Shown here: positions 1 to 12,525 of the stretch, piece by piece
How the letters are laid out: each line of letters opens with the position of its first letter
How positions within the stretch are numbered: the first letter of the stretch is position 1
Assembly (NCBI GenBank): GCA_964016885.1
Contig: OZ024745.1
Span: 79,732,001 to 79,796,000 of the forward strand
Length of the DNA stretch: 64,000 nt
Source of the DNA: Eledone cirrhosa
Lineage: Eukaryota
Direction of reading: 5' to 3'
The notes under the pieces: model-generated
The model's input: the letters and a program-made list of their open reading frames with translations, nothing else
Told to the model about the DNA's origin: nothing
The model's database searches: none
Translations under genes and position numbers: made by a program

Positions 1-156
1 TTGCCTTCGCTTTTGGAGGGAGGAGCTGTGGTGTTTTTTCGTTGTTTTTTTTTGTTAACAACCGTTTTCCACACCTCAGCCGCCTCATACTCCATGTCCG
101 ACTGTGAGAGGTCTGGAGGGGTATGAGTTCTACCCTCTCATTTGTCTTTGTTGTTG

Positions 157-188
<32 letters not shown>

Positions 189-1600
189 CGTGGTGGTCGT
201 GGTGGTCGTGGTGGAGCCTGGTTTGCCGCTCCTGGCACAGGTGCAGCTAGTGCAACTGTTTCTGTTGCTGCAGCTGCCGTCGCTGTTTTTGTTGTCCGTG
301 GCTTTGGTGTGGGTGCCATGGACGCTGTCTTCCTATTCTCTCTAGAAGCTCCCGACTTTTTCGCTGACTTCTCTGTTTCTGATGGCAACGGTTCCGGCGT
401 TGGAAGGAGGGTGACTTTGGCCTTTATTATTTTCTGTGGGCAGAAAACCCTGAGGTGAGACTTTGATCCACAGTTGAAGCATTTTGGGCGCCTTCCTTCA
501 ACAGATCTGGGAAGTTGGCATCCATTCCCGAGGTCTATTACGTCGGGAATAGCGCTGATACAGTCCTGGTCGGTTTGGATGAGCATCTCCATTCCAATAC
601 TGGACCAGTCCTCTCTCCCCAACTTCTGTACCCGCAGAATGGTTGTTCTATCCTCGATGCCCGCTAGAACAGACACGACCAGCCAAGGCACGGGTACGTA
701 GGGCGGGACCTGGGTTACCTTGACCTTTGCAATTTTTCCCGTAGTAAAACGGGACTAATATTATGTCATCACTCCGTAGGGTCCTCAGTGAGTGCGATTT
801 TGCTTCCTGGGTGGTAGCAAAAAGGACGTCCACAGTAGCATATTTCTTGCCACGGGTGATGTGGGTTTTCCGTGCCTACACAGTTCCCAAAGCCTTCTGG
901 ATTTGGGCCTCCGAGGCTTTCTCCACACGACACGATTTCGTGGCAATCGTGCGGTACAACACTGTGCGTCGCTCTTGTTCCTCCAGGACACTGAAAATTC
1001 AGTTCTGGTTACCATGTGTCTGGCGACTGCCATCTCCTCCTCTGTGATCAGGATTGTTTCTACGTTGCGAGTTACCTTTGCAAAAGAGGTGGTTTCTTTT
1101 TCAGTGGCGTCATTGTTGCCACCGCTACTGCTGCTACTGGACTTGTTGTTGGTGATGCTGTTGTTGTTGTTGCCACTGCTACAAACGGTATTGTTGGTGT
1201 TGCTGCTGCTGCCGCCGCTACTGATACCACAGGTGTTATTGTTAATACTGTCGCTGCTGCTGCTGCTGTTGCTATTGGTACCACAGGTGTTATTGTTAAT
1301 ACTGCTGCTGCTGCTGCTATCTCCCTTGTTGTCAAATGTATCAGCAGTAGCCGCGTCAAGACTGCCGTTTGGTGAAGAGGAAAGAGTGGCATTCGTCTGA
1401 CTTACTATTTGGTGAAGAAGAGGAAAAGGAAAGCGAGACTCCACGCTGACTGTTGCTAGTTTCTTTGGTGTCAAATGTATCAAATGTATCAGCAGTAGCC
1501 GCTTCACGACTGATACTTGATGGAGGGGAGAGGGGAGTGGCATTCGCTTGACTATGGGACGGTGAAGAAGACGAAAAGGAAAGCGAGACCCCACGTCGAC
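1..1600 (-). pseudogene. ORF1 (gag-like, CCHC zinc knuckle) of a Tx1-type non-LTR retrotransposon, frameshifted; element runs off the left edge
   Basis: Minus-strand translation gives SFAKVTR...PFYYGK...REDWSSIGMEMLIQ...IPD...VEGRRPKCFNCGSKSHLRVFCPQ...TLLPTP, collinear with the ORF1 proteins at 1691-2377, 49926-50774 and 56085-57062. Confidence 0.85.
1328..1598. repeat. Two diverged ~140-bp tandem units in the ORF1 N-terminal region
   Basis: gtcaaatgtatcagcagtagccgc...gagtggcattcg...ggtgaagaaga.gaaaaggaaagcgagac.ccacg occurs at ~1330 and ~1470. Confidence 0.75.
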
Positions 1601-1690
1601 AGCTGGACGAAGAAAAAGAAGGTTGAGAAGGATATCTTGCTGAAAGGGTAATTTGTGAGTGAATACACGGCATGGAATTGGATTTTTTGA

Positions 1691-2998
1691 ATGACCCCCT
1701 GCAGAACGGAACGCATTATCATGCATCTGTCCTACATGGGTAAAAGGACAGCAAAGGTACGCATTCCCAGCATCCCACCAGGAATGAACATATGGTGGCT
1801 GCTGGGATGCGTAATCGAAGAGGGGACAGACACTACCCTCCTGGATATCAAAAGGACAGAGAGAGAGGACTGGTCCGGAATGGATTTGGAGATTCTTCTC
1901 CAAATGAAACCGGAGGATATGAATAACATCCCGGATTTTGCCCGCCTGCAAGACGGGACAACAATCCAACTAATCATTGACGGAAGAAGGCCACGCTGCT
2001 TCGTCTGCGGGGAAGCAACGCATCTTCAAGCCTTCTGCCCTCAGCGCAAAAATGCAGGGGGTCACAAACCTCCTTTGTTGCCAACGCCAGTGTCAGCACG
2101 GAAAGCTGCACCACCACCAAAAACAACACCAACAAAAACACGGACACCAACATCAAAAGCAGCCGGATCACCACCAACACCAAAACCAATCCAAGGAGAA
2201 AACGAGGAAAGCTCTCCCACTCCCCCCCCCCAAATTATACACATAGACAAAACAATAAACGCACACACAGACACAGAGACACTCACAGACACAGACCCTT
2301 TGTCTTCCAGCAGCGAAGATGAAGGAAAATCCAAAAGTGCAAAAAAACAGAGAAAACTCACAAAAAAAAAGCCCTAACAAAACGCAAAAACATACACAAC
2401 AAAAAATACAGACACCACTAACGCAAACACTTCCCCAATAACATCATCACCAACAGTAACATCGACACCACCTCCACAATCCCCGAAACACAAACAACCT
2501 AAACAAACACAAGTACAAATAAACACACAAATACCTGAAATTGCAGACACCACACCTACAACAAACATAGACATACCCGAAACAACACCACCAAAACCAT
2601 CGCCACCACAGTCACCAAAACGAAAACAAATAAAACCACACCAACAAAATGTTAAAAACTTCGTGCTTGTCAGAAGGGCCAACGATAAACTGATGGCCCT
2701 CTTAGCGCGAAGCGAGGACATTCAAACAGAGGGGGAGATTTTTGAAATGAGCAGATTTTGCGTGCCAGAAGATTTGCTTCTGGTCCGAATGTCACTCAAT
2801 TCCTTCAAAGAAATTCGCGAGAGCTTTCCTCAAGACGTGGGAACCCCGAATGTGAAACCCACATCAAGACTTTTAAAGGGGTTCTCAAAAGAAACCCCAC
2901 CAACCATGGAGGTCGAACCACCCGACCTTCACAAGACCCGGGAGGTAAGTAAACCTTCCCTCTCTCTCTCTCTTAGCTTACCAATATGGCCATATTAA
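1691..2998 (+). pseudogene. ORF1 of copy A (CCHC knuckle, Pro/Thr-rich C-terminus), in-frame stop at 2375
   Basis: ORFs 1691-2377 and 2663-2998 share a frame; the C-terminal FPQDVGTPNVKP matches FKEDVGPPSVKP of copies D/E. Confidence 0.85.
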
Positions 2999-5900
2999 GA
3001 GTAGGAAGTTTAAATGTTCGCGGCCTGGAGTCACCCTGGAAGCAGGGTCGCCTGCTCAACGACCTCCGGTCGCTGGAAATGGATGTGATTGCCGTAAGCG
3101 AGACCAGAATTTCCGACACGCGCGCACTAGCCCCCATTTTCGACGACTATCAGATCTTCGCATCTGTTAGCAGGCCGGGAATGGGGGGTGGGGTGGCAGT
3201 GCTGTTTAGGAAAGGACTGGATCTCGAGGTAAGGTCGATCTTCCGGGACCCGGACGGTAAGTTGGTGGTCTTGGATGTGAGCAGTAGCGGAGGTGGTGCC
3301 TTTAGACTGCTGGCCGTCTACGCCCCTACATGGGCCGGACGACTTGACTTCTTTAGGCGCCTGGAGACCTTTCTGGGTACGTCTCGCCTTTTACTGTTAG
3401 CGGGGGATTGGAATGGTATCTTAGACGCACGCTGGGATTGTGTGGGAGTGGCCGATAGGAGCGGGGGGTGCAAAAGCCTCAAGCACCTACTCAGCCAGTT
3501 CCAACTGTCTGACAGGTATCGACTAGATTTCCCCAATGTGCCAGTATGGACATGGACCAACCGAATGGGGTCATCTAGATCGTATATAGACAGCATCTTC
3601 ATTAGGAAAATAGATAGAAATAGTGTGGGCTGTCCACTTTTTAAAACAGTCGCCTATTCAGATCACAAATTTGTGCTCTGTACGGTCGACCTAAATAAAA
3701 CGCATAGGTTAGGACCGGGTTACTGGAAGCTGAACATGTCATTTCCGGCACGTAAGGTTTACAGGGACCGAGTCAACAATTTAGTGAAGCAAAAGTTGAC
3801 AGGGGGGATCATCAACAACAGATGGTGGGTGGCTCTCAAAAGAGAGATTAGAGTAACTTCGATAGAGTTCAGAAAAGAACTAGCGTTAGAGAAACATAGA
3901 AAGGAGGGGGAGCTGGTAGATAAGTTAGACGAGGCTATTTGTAGTGGCATCGCAACTGACGTGCTAGCGGCGAGAATGGCGTAGACCATTTCTTCAATGC
4001 CAAACACGAAGGTTGCATTGCTAGAGCTAAAGCGCGTGCGCTGAGAAACGAGGAACTAAAGCTGTTCGATGGGCCCGCGTGGCGGAGGCGCAGCATGGTA
4101 ATAAAACCACAATTCGGTCTTTGGCGGACCGTGACGGACACGAGATAAGCGATTCCAAGCGGATGTGTGAGGCCTTTCGCCAGCACTTTGCTCGGTTGTT
4201 CAGGGAGAGTGGTGAGTCAGAGAGAGTAGCGGATTTCGGTCCCTACCTTGACGGCTTGTCGCGCATCTCGATTACTTCAGCCGAAATTCAGGACGCCCTT
4301 GTCGGCTGCATGAGTCGCAAGTCACCCGGTTTGGATGGCCTGCCCTACGAGATTTACGTAAATATGCCAGACTTGTTCTCCGAACTCCTCGAAGCACTCT
4401 ACTGCAACTGACAGCAGAATGGGAGTATTCCCAGTTCTGTGAGCAGGGGAGTGGTGACGCTGATAAGGAAAGACGAGAACAAGAGGGATACATTAGACAA
4501 CTTCAGGCCCATAACTCTGCTCAACACAGAGTTTAAGATTTTGGCCAAGGTATTAGCAAAGAGATTGGCGCTTGTCATCGAGGATTTGGTTGGGGAGGCG
4601 CAAACTTGCGCAATCCCAGCCAGGTCCATACACGACAATCTCCACCTAAAGCGATACATCATAGAGAGGGTAGGGTGTAAACCTGGCTTCGGTGGGGGCA
4701 CTGATAAATTTAGATCAATCGAAAGCAGCTGTCTTCGGCCCTGTCTTTAGAAGCTGGATCGTTGCAATGCACAGCGGCACACGCTCGGTGGTCAAGGTTA
4801 ATGGCCACCTCTCGGAACCATTTCGGCTCTCCCGATCGGTCCGTCAAAGGTGCCCTCTCTCTTCCCTTCTGTACGTATTGACTCTCGAGCCTTTACTGCG
4901 GAAGCTGGAGCTGTTGCAGGGCATCCCGCTCGAACCGGGACGTGGAAAGGCGGTGTCGGCTTTTGCGGACGACATTACCGTGATGGTGTCGAACACCTCA
5001 GAAATCGAGGTGGTAGGCACCTTATTGAAGGAATATGAAAGGTTAACAGGAGCCAAACTTAACCCGGAAAAGTCGGTGGGCTTGCAGCTCGGAACCTGGA
5101 GAGGCAAGCCCATGTCGTCCAACAGCGTCGTGGGGCGCTGGACGGACGGACCGGTAAAGTTGCTCGGGGTTTGGTTCGGACCAGACCTCCAGGTGGAAAA
5201 GAATTGGGACGAGGTAACGAGCAGAGTAGCCAGTCTCACCCAAAAATGGGCTGGGAGAAAGCTATCACTGAAAGGTCGCGCGGAGGTGACGAATGCGTAC
5301 ATCGCGTCCGTCATCTACTACCGCCCGACCGTCGTGCCTTGCCCTCGTCCGCGCCTCGTCAAGTTGGAACGGCTCCTCTTCAAATTCTTGTGGAGGGGAC
5401 AAGTTCCGTTGGTGAGGCGGTCCATCTGCTGCCAGCACCCTCTACGCGGAGGGCTGGGCATGCCGTGGCTAATAATACGTAGACATGCGTTGAGGCTGCG
5501 ACATCTCCAGATATTCTGTCTCAACGGTGAACAGGTGTGGTCGCCGTTTATCAGACGGGCCTTTCCGCAGCTCATTTCTTTGACTGAGCTGCAGTCCTGG
5601 GTCAAGAAGAGACCGAGACTGGGTGACTGGCACCTGGAATGTTGCCAGGCACTCACTGCCCTCTACCAAGCGGGCAATGCGATCAGTGGAACTTCCACTC
5701 TCGAGTTCTATAGAGGATTAGTGGTGGGCAAGTGCGATGACGCACTCGGAGAAGCTTTGGGCCTCGACGAAGTCGAACTGACCAGTCTGTACCGGAGGAC
5801 TTTTGAGCCGGGGACGATGGACAATTTCCAGAAATCCCTCGCTTGGCAGTGCTACCGGGGGGCACTGCCGGTTCGGGATAAACTCTACAGGCACGGAAGT

Positions 5901-6330
5901 GCTGTCAGACGGACCTGCCCAAGATGCGCACAGAACGACGAAACCGTTCTGCACGCACTTGTCCAATGTCCGTGCATTACTGACTTGTGGAGTTATGTCG
6001 AACAGCTACTGTCGCGTGTCGAACGAATCCGGCTATCGGCCGAGTCCATAGTGAAGATCGATCCACCGCCTTCCTTAGGTCAGGAAGAGCAGGAAATTTT
6101 CCTGTTTGGTGGCAGTTGCGAAAGAGATTATATGGTGGACCAGGTTGAAAGGACTAAAGATAGACACTTTTCTCTTCGGCCAATCCCTCATCAACTTCTT
6201 CAAGTTTCACCTGGAAAGGAAGGTGAGGGCGGAGAGAGAAGTGCTGCCCCCCAGTACATTTGCTAAAAGGTGGGTGAATGTGGCGAGAATGGCTCGTGTG
6301 AATGGGCCTACTCTGACCATGCGCCTATAG
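2986..6330 (+). pseudogene. ORF2 of copy A: AP endonuclease, reverse transcriptase and C-terminal zinc finger, several frameshifts
   Basis: EN motifs LNVRGL, SETR, GDWN, YSDH; RT motifs KSPGLDG, FRPITLLN, RQRCPLS, FADD; CPRC..ET..H..C. Confidence 0.93.
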
Positions 6331-6612
6331 GCTAGCTAACTTGAGGAGAGGGGTGCTCTCCTTGGGTGCCCTAGAAGCGCAGGGTGGTTCAGGATTGGTG
6401 GGGTACCCGAATCACCCCAGGGTCGTCCACCCCCTATCGGGGAATTTATTTTGTTATATTTATGCATAGTTTATTTTATATTTTTATATTTTCATTGTTA
6501 AATTAGTCTTGCCATTGTGCACTTTTACTCGACCTTATTGTAAACCCCCACTGTCCCTGTCTTTGTATTGTCCCCTACATGTTGGCCCTTGTGGCTAATA
6601 AATGAAATCATT

Positions 6613-7022
6613 ATGGTGGATTGGTAGTATCGGTAGAGGGTCGGACGCCATGCTTTCTAGCATAGTTACGTCCCTTTACGATCTGAGTTCAAATCCCGCC
6701 GAGGTTGACTTTGCCTTTCATCCTTACGGGGTCGATAAAATAAAGTACCAGTGAGGCACTGGGTAGTTGCTGGCCTTGTGCCTAAAGTAGAAACAATTAT
6801 TATTATTATTATTATTACACTCTGTTTGTAAAAGCGCGGTGGATTGGCAGTATCAGTAGAGGGTCGGACGCCATGCTTTCTAGCATAGTTACGTCCCTTT
6901 ACGATCTGAGTTCAAATCCCGCCGAGGTTGACTTTGCCTTTCATCCTTACGGGGTCGATAAAATAAAGTACGAGTAATGAACTGGGTAATTGCTGGCCTT
7001 GTGCCTAAAGTAGAAACAATTA
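6613..7022 (+). mobile_element. Two tandem tRNA-derived SINE copies (6613-6800, 6836-7022) with (ATT)n tails
   Basis: A-box-like tggcagtatc.gtaga, B-box gagttcaaatcc, shared body gaggttgactttgcctttcatccttacggggtcgataaaataaagtac. Confidence 0.85.
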
Positions 7023-7074
7023 TTACACTCTGTTTAGTTCTACACCTCTATACCTACTGGACCTTACATTCCCT

Positions 7075-7113
<39 letters not shown>

Positions 7114-7125
7114 ATATATATATAT

Positions 7126-7500
7126 ATATTGAAAGAGTGAAGAATAACATGGCCAACAGTACAAAAAAGGGTTTTATTTACAGTCTTAACAATTGTTTCA
7201 CTGATTAAGTTGTCTAAAAATTGCTGAACACTTGAAGCTGTGCCATTCAATTTTAAATACGTTGTTAGCTTAACCAGATTATCAGAGAAACACTTTTTTG
7301 TACTGTTGACCATGTTATTCTTCACTCTTTCAATATTATTACTCGAAGATAAACTTACATAGGAATGGAAGAGAACTCATAAACTCGCCACCTACGAAAA
7401 CCTCTTGTTGAGTCAAACAACGCCGTACGCTAAAACTATCCACAATACGAAGTATTCATAGCCTCTAACTGGATTACCTATAACGATATTTTGTTATCCC
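7126..7500. mobile_element. Penelope-type pseudo-LTR remnant with 44-bp inverted repeat and decayed hammerhead (7183-7291, minus)
   Basis: 7126-7169 is the inverted copy of 7293-7336; minus strand reads CTGATAA-ctggttaag..cttaatcag-GAAAcaattgTT; 7293-7500 is homologous to 35742-35955, which is linked to a Penelope-like ORF end. Confidence 0.7.
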
Positions 7501-7547
7501 TTATATATATATATATATATATATGTATGTACGTATACATACATACT

Positions 7548-7640
<93 letters not shown>

Positions 7641-7717
7641 GTAAGTATGTATGTATGTATACGTACATACATATATGTATACAGACGTACAGTAGTATGT
7701 ATATATATACATACATG

Positions 7718-7756
<39 letters not shown>

Positions 7757-7882
7757 GTATCGGTTTACCGAACATTTATTATAATGCTCGGTTTGTTTGT
7801 TTGTAAACAAGCAAACAGCCCGAATTACGCCGTACAGTGTTTAGGCAACCACGTCACCTTTTTGTTCAACACTGACACAGGA

Positions 7883-7925
7883 ACGATGTACTAGTTTCAA
7901 GCTTATTAGCTATCGTCAGCATCGT
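7883..7925 (-). ncRNA. Minimal type I hammerhead ribozyme motif
   Basis: acgatg-CTGACGA-t agct aata agct t-GAAA-ctag-TA-catcgt: 6-bp stem I, palindromic stem III. Confidence 0.85.
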
Positions 7926-8334
7926 ATACCTTCCTGCCAGATGGTTGAACGTCTGAAAGTATATACATTCCTTACGCATATTAACAGCTGAGCAGCCTAA
8001 TTTGCATATCGAGTGAGTTCAGTCGGCCGGGCGCACCGAAAACGATAAATGGAATAGAATGAAACGAAATTTCATTTCTCACTCTTAGTACGGCACTTAC
8101 TTAAATGTAAGTATGTATGTATGTATACGTACATACATATATGTATACAGACGTACAGTAGTATGTATATATATATATACATACATGCACACATATATAT
8201 ATATGCACGTATCGGTTTACCGAACATTTATTATAATGCTCGGTTTGTTTGTTTGTAAACAAACAAACAGCCCGAATTACGCTGTACAGTGTTTAGGCAA
8301 ACTCGTCACCTTTTTGTTCAACACTGACACAGGA

Positions 8335-8377
8335 ACGATGTACTAGTTTCAAGCTTTTTAGCTATCGTCAGCATCGT
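8335..8377 (-). ncRNA. Minimal type I hammerhead ribozyme motif (second copy)
   Basis: Same as 7883-7925 except in the stem II loop. Confidence 0.85.
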
Positions 8378-8588
8378 ATACCTTCCTGCCAGATGGTTGA
8401 ACGTCTGAAAGTATATACTTTCCTTATGCATATTAACAGCTGAGCAGCCTAATTTGCATATCGAGTGAGAAATGAAATTTCGTTTCATTCTATTCCATTT
8501 ATCGTTTTCGGTGCGCCCGGCCGACTGAACTCACTCGATATGCAAATTAGGCTGCTCAGCCGTTAATATTCATAAGGAAAGTATATAC

Positions 8589-8763
<175 letters not shown>

Positions 8764-9184
8764 ATTATAATAAAATGACAGGAGTCTGGACTTGTGTAAA
8801 TTCTTGAAAGGTTTATTATACTATGATCATTTCAATGACCGGGTTCCGTATGAATCCGGTGATATCATCAGGTATTGGAAATACAATAAATGTATGTAAT
8901 AGGTAAAATCCATGGGGCTGAAAATCAAAGACAGGAGGACGACCGACCATCTAGCATCTTCCACTTGAGGGCGACCGGCTAAAGTGGAAGATGCTAGATG
9001 GTCGGTCGTCCTCCTGTCTTTGATTTTCAGCCCCATGGATTTTACCTATTACATTCATTTATTGTATTTCCAATACCTGATGATATCACCGGATTCATAC
9101 GGAACCCGGTCATTGAAATGATCATAGTATAATAAACCTTTCAAGGATTTACACAAGTCCAGCCTCCTGTCATTTTATTATAAT
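8764..9184. repeat. ~200-bp-arm near-perfect inverted repeat with 15-nt spacer (Penelope-type fold-back)
   Basis: 8764-8966 is the reverse complement of 8982-9184 with few differences. Confidence 0.95.
9073..9130 (+). ncRNA. Type I hammerhead motif (mirror copy at 8818-8875 on minus)
   Basis: atac-CTGATGA-..accgg..ccggt..-GAAA-tgatca-TA-gtat. Confidence 0.8.
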
Positions 9185-9344
9185 ATTTAACTCTGTACTA
9201 CACCACCAACTACAAAAACGAAGACGGTTGAACTGCTTTACGTTGAGTACTCTCCATATTATTACATTAAGATTGACCATACGGAATTGACCAGCTCTAT
9301 CTAGTGGTGAACCTTCAAACCCGAATATATATATATATATATAT

Positions 9345-10219
9345 ATATATGAGAATAAACATGCTGCGGAGTTGCAAATGGGTTACATATGAATAAAGTG
9401 GTCCTTCATCAGTGATCTTCCAACCATCATCGGTATTTCTTCGCTTTAAAAACCATATACCTCCGGTTGGTGCGAGCAACGGCTAAAGAAAGTCGTTGGG
9501 ACACGTAAATAAAGGGAACAGCGAGAGTGTAAACAAACAAAGATGGTGAAGCAACGAAAAGTGAGGAAGAGCGAGTCAAGTCCAAAAATTTCTATGAATA
9601 TAAGTTCGGTGAAATCGTGAACGAGAGAGAATAAAGACCATCAAACCGGGTTGAAATGTGAGCAAGGGAAGAATTTCGCACAGGTCTAACGGGAGGAAGA
9701 ACGGGTCTAGTCTGTGAATTCAGTAAACATAAGTTCTGTGAAATCGTAGACGAGAGAGAGAGAAAAAATGCCGACCGGCCTGGCCAAGCGTGCGAAAGAA
9801 AAGAATTACGCACAGGTCAAACGGGAAGAAAAAGGAGGAGGAGAGGTAGTAACAGAGAGTGAGTGAGTGAAGGGTGAGGAAGAGGCTAACAGAGAGAGTG
9901 ACTGTTAGAGAGGGTAAAGATACAGAGAAAGAGAAAGCAGTAAGAACGAAATAGACGGGTCACAGCGGGAGAAAAAAATATGTGTAAATATGAGAATAAA
10001 CATGCTGCGGAGTTGCAAATGGGTTACATATGAATAAAGTGGTCCTTCATCAGTGATCTTCCAACCATCATCGGTATTTCTTCGCTTTAAAGACCATATA
10101 CCTCCAGTTGGTGCGAGCAACGGCTAAAGAAAGTCGTAGGGAACAGCGAGAGTGTAAACAAACAAAGATGGTGAAGCAACGAAAAGTGAGGAAGAGCGAG
10201 TCAAGTCCAAACATTTCTA

Positions 10220-10222
<3 letters not shown>
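9345..10222 (-). mobile_element. Non-coding tandem element (641-bp period), rearranged-hammerhead family, subfamily 1
   Basis: 9347-9595 repeats from ~9988; flanked by (TA)n; homologous to 12525-13710 and 40105-40955. Confidence 0.8.
9401..9502 (-). ncRNA. Putative non-circularly permuted hammerhead ribozyme (damaged second copy at 10042-10137)
   Basis: gtcc caacgac..gccgttg c tcgc a ccaacc gga ggtaTA tggtttt taaa gcga a GAAAtacc gatgat ggttgg aagatca CTGATGA a ggac. Confidence 0.7.
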
Positions 10223-10286
<64 letters not shown>

Positions 10287-10670
10287 GGAGGGAGGGAGAG
10301 AGACAACGGGGGAGAGAGAGAGAATGGAAAACGAAAAATCAGTGATGCATCGGAACTCAATTTATTGTGTGTTACAATTGTTTCCCCGGCGAACAGCTCG
10401 AGGTGCGATCCGTGTGTGGATCGACCTGACTCTAGATTCGCAGGTTCCTCAGACACGTCTATTATTTCGGATCATATCCTTTTTCTGGGGTTTTCTGGCC
10501 GTACAAGCCTATATCGTCCACCTTCATCCACTTTGCGCGTCCTTGGGTTGGTCACTGGTTAGTGACGTCATCATTATTCTGACCACTTGTAGCAGCCCGC
10601 TGACCGCCAGGGCGTGAGCTGTCACCCACTGTCCCGTCGGCAAAATTACTGTTTGTCAGCTCACACTCCG

Positions 10671-10769
<99 letters not shown>

Positions 10770-11158
10770 TACTGACAGATACATACAGAGTAGCGTGTGT
10801 GCTTACGTTCACACACAGAAATAGTCACACAAATATACACATACATGCACATAGAGAGGCACACACGCATCTATATTTATCTCCAAATCACTGATTTGTC
10901 GAGCAAACTTGCCAAAACCACTTCTAAAAAAATTTTTTTGGGGTGTTAGTAGGCGTCAGTCATCTTACCATCCCATTCCTTCTAACTAGCCTCTGTGTCA
11001 CGTGATTGATTCTTTAGAATTGGCCATTTGACCTGAAGCAGTGAGAATTTCGGTACATAGAATCCAGTCCTCGCCAGCTGTTCGATCTACCGAATTATTA
11101 TTATTTTTATATGAGCCGCCAGTGTCCGCGCATTGCCTGGAGACTTAACTGAGAATAG

Positions 11159-11240
11159 ACTCCCTGATGACGCAATGAATTCTCGACAGTTGGATTATGT
11201 AACTGTCTTTATCCCATTGCAGAAACTAATTAGTTGGAGT
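11159..11240 (+). ncRNA. Type I hammerhead motif with extended stem II
   Basis: actcc-CTGATGA-c gcaatg..gacagtt/aactgtc..cattgc a-GAAA-ctaattag-TT-ggagt. Confidence 0.8.
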
Positions 11241-11353
11241 GAAAATTTAAGTAAGTAAAAAATTTAAAAAAAATTTTTTTAAAAAGATATTTTCTTACTT
11301 TACGTCTTTTATATATATATATATATGGATATATGTGTGTGTGTGTGTGTATA

Positions 11354-11466
<113 letters not shown>

Positions 11467-11475
11467 GTATATATG

Positions 11476-11570
<95 letters not shown>

Positions 11571-11961
11571 ATATATGTGTGTGTGTGTATGTATATGTAT
11601 ACATGAGTGTAGACGTATGTGTGTATACGTGTGTGTGGGCGTGTGGGTGGGTGTATATATATATATATATGTATGTGTATGCGTGTATGTATGCATATGT
11701 ACGTGCAGATGTGCATATATGTGCACGTAAATGTATGTGTATATATATCTGTGAGTGTATGTGTATGTATATGATGCGTACGTGTGTGTGTGCATGTATA
11801 TATACGGGTGCGTGTACGTGTGTGTGGCTGTGTATATGCGTGCGTATATACACGCGCGTGTGTGCGTGTGTGTCTCTCTATGTGCATGTATGTGCATATT
11901 TGTGTGACTATTTCTGTGTGTGAACATAAGCACACACGCCACTCTGTATGTATCTGTCAGT

Positions 11962-12036
<75 letters not shown>

Positions 12037-12256
12037 GGAGTGTGAGCTGACAAACAGCAGTAATTTTGCCGACGGGACAGTGGGTGAGTGACAGCTCACG
12101 CCCTGGCGGTCAGCGGGCTGCTACAAGTGGTCAGAATAATGATGACGTCACTAATCAGTGACCAACCCAAGGACGCGCAAAGTGGATGAAGGTGGACGAT
12201 ATAGGCTTGTACGGCCAGAAAACCCCAGAAAAAGGATATGATCCGAAATAATAGAC

Positions 12257-12344
12257 GTGTCTGAGGAACCTGCGAGTCTAGAGTCAGGTCGATCCACACA
12301 CGGATCGCACCTCGAGCTGTTCGCCGGGGAAACAATTGTAACAC
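12257..12344 (+). ncRNA. Type I hammerhead motif with branched stem II (mirror copy at 10369-10456 on minus)
   Basis: gtgt-CTGAGGA-acctg..caggt cgatcc..ggatcg..-GAAA-caattg-TA-acac, then aataaa. Confidence 0.78.
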
Positions 12345-12466
12345 ACAATAAATTGAGTTCCGATGCATCACTGATTTTTCATTTTCCATTCTATAATACT
12401 CTGCTCCGTAGGAGCATAGAGTGCTCAACCGGCATACCGGCTATGGAAGCATCTTAGCTACAATTA

Positions 12467-12524
<58 letters not shown>

Positions 12525-12525
<1 letters not shown>

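Larger units (their letters stand above)
1600..6610 (+). mobile_element. Tx1-type L1-clade retrotransposon (copy A), 5'-truncated within ORF1, degenerate
   Basis: ORF1 with CFVCGEATHLQAFC, overlapping ORF2, and a 3' UTR ending gcccttgtggctaataaatgaaatc like the other copies. Confidence 0.93.

Noticed and set aside
792-1400. Leu-rich 202-aa ORF resembling a membrane protein
   Set aside because: Antisense reading of the Ser/Asn-rich low-complexity part of the minus-strand ORF1.
785-1969. 394-aa ORF as a single gene
   Set aside because: Chimeric: the N-terminal part is antisense to copy A ORF1 and only the distal part is real ORF1.
1-2400. Twin-priming 5' inversion of one element
   Set aside because: Both sides contain the same homologous ORF1 segment with diverged sequence.
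6613-7022. tRNA genes
   Set aside because: A/B boxes are followed by a repeated SINE body and no cloverleaf forms.
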